Positions 16,668 through 24,690 of a stretch of DNA of 32,000 nucleotides are shown piece by piece; position 1 is the stretch's first letter, and every line of letters starts with the position of its first letter. The translations under genes were made by a program, and so were the position numbers. The notes beneath the pieces were generated by a model. The model made no database searches. It was not told where the DNA came from and saw only the letters and a list, made by a program, of their open reading frames with translations. The stretch spans positions 2,280,001 through 2,312,000 of the forward strand of contig NZ_LN885086.1 in the NCBI RefSeq assembly GCF_001458695.1, read 5' to 3'. This DNA is from Candidatus Nitrospira inopinata (GTDB lineage Bacteria; Nitrospirota; Nitrospiria; Nitrospirales; Nitrospiraceae).

Positions 16668-19091
16668 ATGGTCGTTGGAGGAAGAAGGGTGTTGTGTGCC
16701 GGGCTGATTGTCATGGTCGCGATGATCGCGGGAACGGCGTGGGGAGAAGATGCAGGAGATGGTATCGGGAAAAGTGCCGATAGAAGGACGATCGGCGGGA
16801 TCGTTCAAAACCAAGACCTGCGGCGCGTGCCGCAGGTCGTCGTCGAGGTGAAAAACCAAGAGGGCGACGTCGTGGCCTCCGGCGTCTCGAACGATGCGGG
16901 AGAGTTCAAGATTGCGGTGACCGACAAGGGCACCTACTCGGTCAGCGCGGTGCAGGACACCTATCGAAGCGAATATGTGGTGCTCACCCTGGAAGAGGAG
17001 TCGTCCAAGTCTGTCACGCTCACCTTGTCGCAGACGAAGGAAATTGCTCTGGAGGTGGTCTCACCCCTGCCGCCGCTCTCGACGACCGCGTCCAGCGAAA
17101 CCTATTCCCTCAGCCGGAAGGAAGTCGAACTGTTGCCCCGAGGCAACAACAATGAGTTTCACGATGTCCTGTTGACGATCCCCAGTGCCGTTTATGGAGC
17201 GCTTAAGCAGGTTCATATCAGGCAGGACCATGCGAATCTCCAAATCCGGATCGACGGCGTGCCGATTCCCGACACGGTGTCGTCCACCTTTTCGGATGTG
17301 ATTACCCCCCGGGCCTGGGAGCGGGCCGACATCGTCTTGGGCGGGATGGAGGCTAACGTGGGGAACAAGACGGCGGCGTTGATCGACGTCACCACCAAGA
17401 GCGGCACGAAGCCGGGATTCGGATCGATCCAGATGTTCGGCGGCTCGAACAACCTGATCAACCCGTCGTTCGAATACGGCGGGGCGGTCGGCGAGAAGTT
17501 CCGCTATTATTTTCTGAACAGCCATACGGCGACGAACCGCGGCATCGACCCCCCGACGCTCGGACGCCCCACCTATCACGGCCAAAGCGAGCGCAATCAG
17601 ACGATGTTCCGCGGCGACTATCAGGTCAGCAACCGCGACAATTTCACACTGCTGTTTCTCAATTCCATCGCCAAGTATCAAATTCCGACGTCGCCGGGAC
17701 AGGATCCGAATCCGGTGATCACGGGAACACTCAATGGTCTCTTGCCCGGAGGGTTTTCGCCCGTTCCCTCGGAGAGGATCGATGAGAATCAAAAGGAAAA
17801 CAATCAATACGGCCATCTTGTGTGGCGGCACGACGTCGATACCCGAAACTTTTTCAGTTTGGCCGGGTACTTCCGTCACACCAGGGCGACGTTTCGGACC
17901 GATCCGTTCAACGTGCTGGCCTATGTGCCGGATGAGACGGAGCCGTTTTCGGCCGGGAGCCAGGATCGAACCGCCTATTCGGGCGGCGTTCGGCTGGACT
18001 ACACCTACGTCCACAGTAAGGAGCACTTGATCAAGGCGGGCTTTCAGGTCGATCGCACCCAGGCGATCAACAAAACGCGGCTGACGGCGTTCGACAGCGG
18101 ACTGACCGATCTGGTGAATCTCAACGCCGACAACCGATTGATCGGGTGGCGGCAGGAGTTTTGGATTCAGGACCAGTGGACCCCGAACGATCATTGGACG
18201 TTCAACGTCGGCGTGCGGGCCGATACGGTGCAGTATCTCCGTCACGAGGGGCAGGTGAGCCCGCGCATCGGCGTGACGTACCGATACAACCCGTTCCATG
18301 CGTTCCATGCGTTCTATGGCCGGCTGTTCACGCCGCCCAATTTGGAGGCCATCTCGTTCGCCAAGTTGAATACGATCGGCACCACGGCGGAGCCGGAAGA
18401 TACGACGAACAATCCTCCCAGGGCCGAGCGGGCCCATTATTTTCAAATCGGCAGCGTCCACGCGCTGGGGGAGTGGGCGACGCTGCAGCTTACGGGCTAC
18501 TACAAACTGGCCAACTATTTGTCCGACGCCGGCCAGTTCGGGACCACGCCGTTGCTCAACTACTTCGCGTTCGAGCGGGGATGGAGTCGAGGAGCCGACG
18601 CGGCGCTCAAACTGTGGCTGATGGACAATCTGACGGTCCGCGGGAATATCGCCTGGGGACAATGCAAGGGGTACGGATTGCAATCGGGGCATTTTCTCCT
18701 GCACGGGGAGGAGATCGCCGACATCCGTTCGCCGGGCGGCATCTTCTGCGACCACATGCAGATCCTGACCAGCTCGGCCGTCGTGAGTTACCGGCTGCTG
18801 GACCGCACGACGTTGACCGGCCAGATGTTGTTCGCATCCGGATTACGGACGGCGGAAGAAGGGGCCAAGACCAACTCCACCCACAGTCCCTCCTACACGA
18901 TTTACAATCTGTCGATTTCCCATATCGTGCCGTTGCCGTGGCATGGGCAAAAGATGTTGTTGGCGTTTGACGTCGTCAACGTGTTAGACCAGCAGTACTT
19001 CATCAATTTCGGCGAAGGGAGCATCGGACTGGGCGTGTCGCACGCCGGCATGCCGCGATCGTTTTTCTTTCGGGGGCAGTGGTTTTTCTAA
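16668..19091 (+). CDS. TonB-dependent outer-membrane receptor with an N-terminal carboxypeptidase-regulatory-like domain
   Basis: GAGGAGG lies upstream of the ATG at 16668. The signal peptide is LCAGLIVMVAMIAGTAWG. A CarboxypepD_reg-like segment follows (GGIVQNQDLRRVPQVVVEVKNQEGDVVASGVSNDAGEFKI). Plug (LPRGNNNEFHDVLLTIPS, IRIDGVPI) and a long barrel are present, and the protein ends in the aromatic terminus RGQWFF. Confidence 0.9.
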   Translation: MVVGGRRVLCAGLIVMVAMIAGTAWGEDAGDGIGKSADRRTIGGIVQNQDLRRVPQVVVEVKNQEGDVVASGVSNDAGEFKIAVTDKGTYSVSAVQDTYRSEYVVLTLEEESSKSVTLTLSQTKEIALEVVSPLPPLSTTASSETYSLSRKEVELLPRGNNNEFHDVLLTIPSAVYGALKQVHIRQDHANLQIRIDGVPIPDTVSSTFSDVITPRAWERADIVLGGMEANVGNKTAALIDVTTKSGTKPGFGSIQMFGGSNNLINPSFEYGGAVGEKFRYYFLNSHTATNRGIDPPTLGRPTYHGQSERNQTMFRGDYQVSNRDNFTLLFLNSIAKYQIPTSPGQDPNPVITGTLNGLLPGGFSPVPSERIDENQKENNQYGHLVWRHDVDTRNFFSLAGYFRHTRATFRTDPFNVLAYVPDETEPFSAGSQDRTAYSGGVRLDYTYVHSKEHLIKAGFQVDRTQAINKTRLTAFDSGLTDLVNLNADNRLIGWRQEFWIQDQWTPNDHWTFNVGVRADTVQYLRHEGQVSPRIGVTYRYNPFHAFHAFYGRLFTPPNLEAISFAKLNTIGTTAEPEDTTNNPPRAERAHYFQIGSVHALGEWATLQLTGYYKLANYLSDAGQFGTTPLLNYFAFERGWSRGADAALKLWLMDNLTVRGNIAWGQCKGYGLQSGHFLLHGEEIADIRSPGGIFCDHMQILTSSAVVSYRLLDRTTLTGQMLFASGLRTAEEGAKTNSTHSPSYTIYNLSISHIVPLPWHGQKMLLAFDVVNVLDQQYFINFGEGSIGLGVSHAGMPRSFFFRGQWFF

Positions 19092-19110
19092 CGTGAACGA
19101 AAGGCCGTCC

Positions 19111-19572
19111 ATGAACCGTTTGCTGAACGTCTTCCGCTCTATCGACAGGGGCATAGTTCAGATCATGGTTGTATGGCTGTTGATACACCCGGCCGCCGCC
19201 TTGGCGGCGGCCGGCGACGAGGCCACGCATGAAAGCGATCATGCCGAGGACCTGCTGGAGCTGCCGGAAGTCCACGTCCATGGCCTGCCGTTGAACAAAG
19301 ACCGGCAGTTGGGTCCGGTGGCCCTCTTCACGCCGTGGCCCGACGTCCCGCCGTCTTTGCAAGGCAAAGAGTTGGATGATTGGATGAAGGCCCGGTTGCT
19401 GGTGTCGAAGGAGGCCAAGGTGACGGTCGTCGTCTTGGAACCCTGTAAGCACCGAGAACTGACTCGTGCGGGGGTGGAGGCTCTTGGGAGATGGAGATTC
19501 GATCCGCAACTCAATGGCGACGATCCCGTGGACGGCGAACTGACCGTGCGCATTCACTTCAGGACTCGATAA
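19111..19572 (+). CDS. Short TonB C-terminal-domain-like protein
   Basis: GAAAGG lies upstream of the ATG at 19111; GTG 19093 is an alternative start. It has an N-terminal hydrophobic anchor (IVQIMVVWLLIHPAAALAAA) and an acidic, His-rich linker (THESDHAEDLLELPEVHVH). A TonB_C-like pattern follows (PWPDVPPSLQGKE, KVTVVVLEP, AGVEALGRWRFDP, GELTVRIHF). It has no proline-rich spacer. Confidence 0.55.
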   Translation: MNRLLNVFRSIDRGIVQIMVVWLLIHPAAALAAAGDEATHESDHAEDLLELPEVHVHGLPLNKDRQLGPVALFTPWPDVPPSLQGKELDDWMKARLLVSKEAKVTVVVLEPCKHRELTRAGVEALGRWRFDPQLNGDDPVDGELTVRIHFRTR

Positions 19573-19704
19573 AGAAAGAACGTCTTGCCGCGCATCGTTT
19601 GTAGAACAAACGGACAGGTGAAGATTCCTGAATGGATGGATTGGTGATCGATGGGCGGCGCCTGATGCTTGACGAATGGTGGATAACGCCGTATCGTCCT
19701 GTCG

Positions 19705-20274
19705 ATGAGTCTGGATGAGGCCCTGTTCTACGCCATCAACGGATTGGCCGGTCGGTCGTCCTCGGTCGATCAATTTTTTCTCCTCCTGGTGAACCGCAGC
19801 ACCCTCTACTTGCCGGCCGCCTGCGCGATTGTCTGGTGGATCTGGGCCTACCGACGGGAAGCCCTCTATGGCGGGCCTCTGTTGGCGGCATCGATCGGCC
19901 TGGCCGATTTTCTCGGAGGCCAGTTAAAGTGGGTGTTCGAACGGGTGAGGCCCTGTCGGGCGCTGAGCCAGGCGATCATCGTTGAACCGGGCGGCTGTGG
20001 GGGCCTGTTCAGTTTTCCGTCGAACCACGCCGTCAACATGGCGGCGGCCGCGGCCTTTATTCAGGTGCTGTACCCCAAGGCCGGCTGGGTCTGTTGGCCG
20101 ATTGTCGCATTGGCGGGGGTCGCCCGCGTCTATGTAGGGGCCCATTATGTCACGGACGTGCTTGGTGGTTGGCTTATCGGAGGCGTGATCGGCGCGGGAT
20201 TCGCCTGGCTTTTATTGCAGTGGCCGGTTTTTCGAAAGAGGCCGGTTCCGAGGACGTCCGTCGCGCGCTCTTGA
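19705..20274 (+). CDS. PAP2-family membrane phosphatase (undecaprenyl-diphosphatase or lipid phosphatase type)
   Basis: The three PAP2 motifs are present: KWVFERVRP, SFPSNHA and ARVYVGAHYVTDV. It is a multi-TM protein. Confidence 0.85.
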   Translation: MSLDEALFYAINGLAGRSSSVDQFFLLLVNRSTLYLPAACAIVWWIWAYRREALYGGPLLAASIGLADFLGGQLKWVFERVRPCRALSQAIIVEPGGCGGLFSFPSNHAVNMAAAAAFIQVLYPKAGWVCWPIVALAGVARVYVGAHYVTDVLGGWLIGGVIGAGFAWLLLQWPVFRKRPVPRTSVARS

Positions 20275-20362
20275 CGACGATCGGGGCGCTCTCATCGATT
20301 CACCCTTCACCGGTCGATTCCGTTCGCAACGGCGTCGGCCTTCCGAATGCGGCGCGAGCCCA

Positions 20363-21343
20363 TCATGCGGAATCGGTCTCCACGCAGGTGAGCAAGCGGC
20401 TCGTCAGGGCTTCGACGTCATACCCTCGGCCGATCAAGACGACGGCCGGATCCGGCTCGTCCAGCAACATGATGGGAGTGATCGTCGGCTCGCCCGGCGG
20501 CGCGTACTGAAACTCCTGCAATTCCGGCTTCCCCACGAATCGGAAGAAACCCTTGGCCCGCTCAAGTTCCTTGGGAAGATCCTGGAGCCAAGCCTGGAAC
20601 CGTTCCTGGTTCAATGGACCAGGTAATCGGACAGTTGTCGCGATGGGATGGTAGGCTGCGCGGTGAATGGAGGGGGGACGAGCAGCGTCGAACAAGACGT
20701 TCGTGGAGGAGCGGCACCCAGTAGAAGGGCGGGGGCCGAGGGAAGGATGGGGGCCAAGCAGCTCCGCGACGTCGAGCCTCGCATGGGACGTCTCCCAAAG
20801 GCGAGCAAAGGGATTCTCCTCCATGATCGATGCGCGAAATTGCTCCCAGTGGCCTGGTACGTACAGGTCCTGCTTGTTCAGGATCAGCTCATCCGCACAT
20901 CGAATAGCCTGGGTCGTGACATAGGCGGCGGAATGGCTGGATTCCATTAAGACCGGATGAAGCAGCGCAATCACCCGTTCGAGAGAAGCCAACCTCGCCG
21001 TATAGAGGTCGGTGACCGCGTCGATCACCTCCGATGGATCGGCGAGTCCTGAGCATTCGAGGATCAACACATCCGAGCCATATGAGCGCACCAACTCGGC
21101 GATGCCCCAGGAGAGATCTTCCTTCGTGTCGCAACAGACGCAGCCGCCGGCCAGATTCATCACTTGCTCGGCCAGGGTGCCGGCGCGAGGGCCGTCGATA
21201 CTGATTTCCCCCGCCTCGTTCATGAGGACGCCGGTTTTGCGCCCTTGCGCCTTCCAGTATTCCAGCAGGCGCATCAGGAGCGTCGTTTTCCCCGCGCCGA
21301 GCGAGCCGCAGAGCATGTAAAAAGGAACGGGAACCGAACGCAT
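20363..21343 (-). CDS. COG0523/CobW-family G3E GTPase, putative metallochaperone
   Basis: Walker A (CGSLGAGKTTLL), the CXCC metal motif (GGCVCCD) and a switch/Walker B region (VLILECSGLADP) are present, with a CobW_C-like C-terminal domain. Confidence 0.9.
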   Translation of the reverse strand: MRSVPVPFYMLCGSLGAGKTTLLMRLLEYWKAQGRKTGVLMNEAGEISIDGPRAGTLAEQVMNLAGGCVCCDTKEDLSWGIAELVRSYGSDVLILECSGLADPSEVIDAVTDLYTARLASLERVIALLHPVLMESSHSAAYVTTQAIRCADELILNKQDLYVPGHWEQFRASIMEENPFARLWETSHARLDVAELLGPHPSLGPRPSTGCRSSTNVLFDAARPPSIHRAAYHPIATTVRLPGPLNQERFQAWLQDLPKELERAKGFFRFVGKPELQEFQYAPPGEPTITPIMLLDEPDPAVVLIGRGYDVEALTSRLLTCVETDSA

Positions 21344-21553
21344 AGTCCTCTTCCCTTGTCCGTCCCCATTGTACCGCCGCCGGACAGAAACCTAAAGAAT
21401 GTCATCCCCCGCCGGGTTTGGGCCGGGTTTGAACGTTACACCGTTCTGATTGTTTTCTGATCCTCGGGAAAAAGACCGAGCCCATCCTGAATTCGCAAAT
21501 CGCCGCAGGGGCGGCGCCAACACTCTCACCGGTTTCAACGAAAGGAGGGCGAG

Positions 21554-22684
21554 ATGCACAGAGTCTTGAGTACAATGGCGTTCTCGATCATGGCCGTTGT
21601 CGGGCTGACCATGATCGACGGAGGAAACGTGGGGGCTCAACGAGGGGAACGGTGGGGAACTGATCGCCAACAGACGCCCATTGTGATCGCGCATCGAGGG
21701 GCAAGCGGCTACGTTCCCGAGCACACGTTGGCGGCCTATGCCATCTCGATTCTGCAAGGGGCTGATTTTGTCGAGCCCGATCTTGTCATGACCAAGGACG
21801 GGCATTTGATCGCCCGCCATGACAATGTGCTGGATCTCACCACGGACGTGTCGCGCAGGCCGGAATTTGCCGGACGCAAGGCCACGAAGACCGTGGACGG
21901 CGCCAGAGTCACCGGGTGGTTCAGCGAGGATTTCACCTTGGGGGAGATCAAGACGCTCCGCGCCATTGAACGGATTCCCGGCACGAGGCCGGCCAATACC
22001 AGGTTCGACGGTCAGTTTGAGATTCCGACATTGCAGGAGATCATCGACCTGGTCCAGGCCTATGAGAAGCTCTTGAATCGCCGGATCGGCATCTATATCG
22101 AAACGAAACACCCCACGTATTTCGAACGATTAGGGCTGCCGTTCGAAGAGCCGCTGGTCAAGATCCTGCGCAAAAACGGCTATGAAGGGCGAAATCAGCG
22201 GGTCTTTATCCAGTCGTTCGAAATCAACAATCTTCGCAAGCTCAGCAGGATGACGAGAATTCCACTGGTGCAACTCTTGTGGATCGAGGGCAAGCCCTAT
22301 GACGTGGAAGCGGGAGGAGGAACGTTGACCTATGAACAGATGGCGACCCCGGCCGGGTTGGCTCAGATCGCCGCCTATGCCCAAGGGGTCGGTCCGGAAA
22401 AACGGTTCATCATTCCCCTCGATTCGTCCGGCAATCTCGATCCCTCTCGCGTCACGCGATTTGTCCAGGATGCCCATGCCGTGGGGCTGGTGGTCCATCC
22501 CTATACGTTTCGTTCCGAGAACGCCTTTCTTCCGATGAACCTCCGATCATCCGGCGATCCCACGGCGTTGGGCGATGGAGCGGGAGAAATGCTCCTGTTC
22601 TTGAGGACCGGGATCGACGGCTTGTTCACGGATCACACGGATCAGGGAGTCGCCGCGCGCGACGCATACGTCAGAACCAGATGA
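21554..22684 (+). CDS. glpQ: Periplasmic glycerophosphodiester phosphodiesterase
   Basis: A strong SD (GAAAGGAGGG) and a signal peptide are present. GDPD motifs are IAHRGASGYVPEHT, ADFVEPDLVMTKDGHLIARHD and IYIETKHP. Confidence 0.9.
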   Translation: MHRVLSTMAFSIMAVVGLTMIDGGNVGAQRGERWGTDRQQTPIVIAHRGASGYVPEHTLAAYAISILQGADFVEPDLVMTKDGHLIARHDNVLDLTTDVSRRPEFAGRKATKTVDGARVTGWFSEDFTLGEIKTLRAIERIPGTRPANTRFDGQFEIPTLQEIIDLVQAYEKLLNRRIGIYIETKHPTYFERLGLPFEEPLVKILRKNGYEGRNQRVFIQSFEINNLRKLSRMTRIPLVQLLWIEGKPYDVEAGGGTLTYEQMATPAGLAQIAAYAQGVGPEKRFIIPLDSSGNLDPSRVTRFVQDAHAVGLVVHPYTFRSENAFLPMNLRSSGDPTALGDGAGEMLLFLRTGIDGLFTDHTDQGVAARDAYVRTR

Positions 22685-22713
22685 CGGGCTGAGGCGCGAA
22701 GCTCGATGCGTTT

Positions 22714-22743
22714 CCGACGGGAGAGCAGGGGCTCTCCCGTCGG
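22714..22743. terminator. Perfect 13-bp hairpin between convergent glpQ and the CDF gene, a likely bidirectional terminator
   Basis: CCGACGGGAGAGC (22714-22726) pairs with GCTCTCCCGTCGG (22731-22743) around the loop AGGG. It lies 30 nt after the glpQ stop and 70 nt after the CDF stop. There is no clear U tract on either strand. Confidence 0.5.
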
Positions 22744-22813
22744 AGGTCGCCCGGTTGATGGATGAAACCCATGGACGAAGTTGAAACGTTCGAACAGGGC
22801 TCACGAACGGTGC

Positions 22814-23755
22814 TCAATGACGATGGGAGAGCAATTCGGCCGGATGATGATCGGCCAGTCGGCGAAGGTCGCAATGGACCGCCTCCGAATGGCAACACTG
22901 GGTCTCCAATTGGACGGTGAGATGGCGGATGCCGAAGTCCGACGCGACCCGCGCGCGGATCGACTGGAGCAGACCGTTGGTCAACACTGTGTCGTCGCCG
23001 TCGACCTGCACGTGACAGGTCAACATGATCAGCCGCGGCTCCACCGCCCAGACGTGGAGATCATGGACGTTCTTGACGCCGGGAATCGATTCGATCGTCG
23101 CGGCAATTGCGGAAGGGCTCACGCTGGGCGGCGTGGATTCAAGCAGCACCTCCCATGATTCCTTGAAAATCGGCCAAGCTCCTTTCACGATGACGATGAC
23201 GACGACGAGGCTGACGAGCGGATCAAGCGCGGACCAGCCGGTCAAGAGGATCATGCCTCCGCTCACCACCACGCCGAGCGAGACCCAGGCGTCGGCCAAC
23301 ATGTGCCAAAAGGCGCCCCGGATGTTCAGGTCGTCCCGTGCGCCTCGCTGAAGCAGCAGCGCGATGCCGAGATTGGCCGCGAAGCTCGCGGCGGCGATCC
23401 CCATGATCCAACCGCCGTCGACCGGAACCGGCTGCCACAATCGTTTGACGGCGAAGAGGGCGATGCCCAGCGCCGTCAACAGCAGAATGAACGAGTTGAG
23501 GAACGCGGCGATGACGCCGGCGCGGTGATAGCCGAAGGTTTTGCTCTCACTAGACGGTTGCGTGGCGATGAGGTGCGCGTAGAGAGCCAAGAACAGCGCG
23601 CCTTGATCGACGAAATTGTGCCCGGCGTCGCTCATCAGACCGATGCTGTTCAGCAGCCAGCCGCCGATAAACTCGGCCATGATGATGAAGCCGTTCAGCG
23701 TCAGGGCCCAATAGAGGCGAGTGCGCAGGTGCTCGAACGACTGGGGATCGGTCAT
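22814..23755 (-). CDS. Cation diffusion facilitator (CzcD/ZitB-like) divalent metal efflux transporter
   Basis: The TM2 motif (SDAGHNFVDQ) and TM5 motif (WHMLADAWVS) are present, with a cytoplasmic C-terminal domain and a Cys/His-rich tail (CCHSEAVHCDLRRLADHHPAELLSHRH). I prefer the start at ATG 23755; ATG 23770 and GTG 23797 are alternatives. Confidence 0.88.
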   Translation of the reverse strand: MTDPQSFEHLRTRLYWALTLNGFIIMAEFIGGWLLNSIGLMSDAGHNFVDQGALFLALYAHLIATQPSSESKTFGYHRAGVIAAFLNSFILLLTALGIALFAVKRLWQPVPVDGGWIMGIAAASFAANLGIALLLQRGARDDLNIRGAFWHMLADAWVSLGVVVSGGMILLTGWSALDPLVSLVVVIVIVKGAWPIFKESWEVLLESTPPSVSPSAIAATIESIPGVKNVHDLHVWAVEPRLIMLTCHVQVDGDDTVLTNGLLQSIRARVASDFGIRHLTVQLETQCCHSEAVHCDLRRLADHHPAELLSHRH

Positions 23756-23838
23756 GCTGTAGTCTCGCATGCTCCGGAGGAGGGAGCAAGTCTTCACCTG
23801 GATCGGATGCCCAGATCGGTTGAAGGCGCGCGGGATCG

Positions 23839-24690
23839 TCAGCGGGTGTTCGTCGTCAGACGTTCGCTGAGCACGGGGTATTTGGCCAGGCCCACGCCGA
23901 AGTTCCCGCCGGATCGGTCGGCGGCAATAACGCGCAGGGTCATGCCGTCCGGCGCGTCGGTGTGACGAGGCACGAAAAACGGCGCTTCAAACTCGGCGTT
24001 TCGGCCGCTGTAGAACAGTTGCAGCCGCTCGATCACTCGGTCGCCGATCAGGATTTCGCCGTAGATTTCAAGTTTGCGCGAGTCCCAATCGCCGTGCGGC
24101 CGGACCCATGATCCCGACAGGGTGCGGATCGAGGCCCGCAGGGTGAGGTCTTCGCGCGCGACGAGCGGCTCGTTCGGCTTGGGCTGTTCGATCTGCACGA
24201 TGTAGCCGTAAAGGGTCAGCACGATGCCGTCGCCGATCATATCCTGGCCGGGGATGAGCCAGAGCCGCTTGCTGACCCGCTGCATCGCCGCTGGATAGGC
24301 CAATGGCCCCTCGGCAGTGATATCCACTTGAGTGGGATGGAGAAGATCCAAGGTCGTCGTAAAGGAAGCCGAGGATTTGGTGCTGTAAATCGGCTCTTCC
24401 AACAGGCGGGGAGTGCGCATGATCTGATTCTGGTCCCCCGCCTCCCCCTGTTGCAGACCGGTCGCGAGGAGACGGCCGGTCGCGACGTCGGTGATCGTGA
24501 CCCGGGCGCCGCCGACTTCCTTCCCCAGCACCATCGATCCGTGGGCCACGACTCGCACCAGGACAGTGGTCGGCCTGGGCTCGTTGAGGTGCGCCGTCAT
24601 CTCTGGGACGATCGGATCGGCGAGGCAAAGGACGCCGTGGTGTGCAACGAAGAGGATGGCCAAACAGGATCGAAACAGGGGGCTGGTCAT
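23839..24690 (-). CDS. Uncharacterised secreted protein (283 aa)
   Basis: A signal peptide is present (MTSPLFRSCLAILFVAHHGVLCLA). I recognised no family motif. Its start ATG overlaps the metG stop (ATGA at 24687-24690). It ends 41 nt upstream of the longest CDF ORF on the same strand. Confidence 0.6.
   Translation of the reverse strand: MTSPLFRSCLAILFVAHHGVLCLADPIVPEMTAHLNEPRPTTVLVRVVAHGSMVLGKEVGGARVTITDVATGRLLATGLQQGEAGDQNQIMRTPRLLEEPIYSTKSSASFTTTLDLLHPTQVDITAEGPLAYPAAMQRVSKRLWLIPGQDMIGDGIVLTLYGYIVQIEQPKPNEPLVAREDLTLRASIRTLSGSWVRPHGDWDSRKLEIYGEILIGDRVIERLQLFYSGRNAEFEAPFFVPRHTDAPDGMTLRVIAADRSGGNFGVGLAKYPVLSERLTTNTR

Noticed and set aside
17061-18755. 564-aa ORF on the minus strand
   Set aside because: It is antisense to the TonB-dependent receptor. 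It has Arg-rich low-complexity composition and no motifs.
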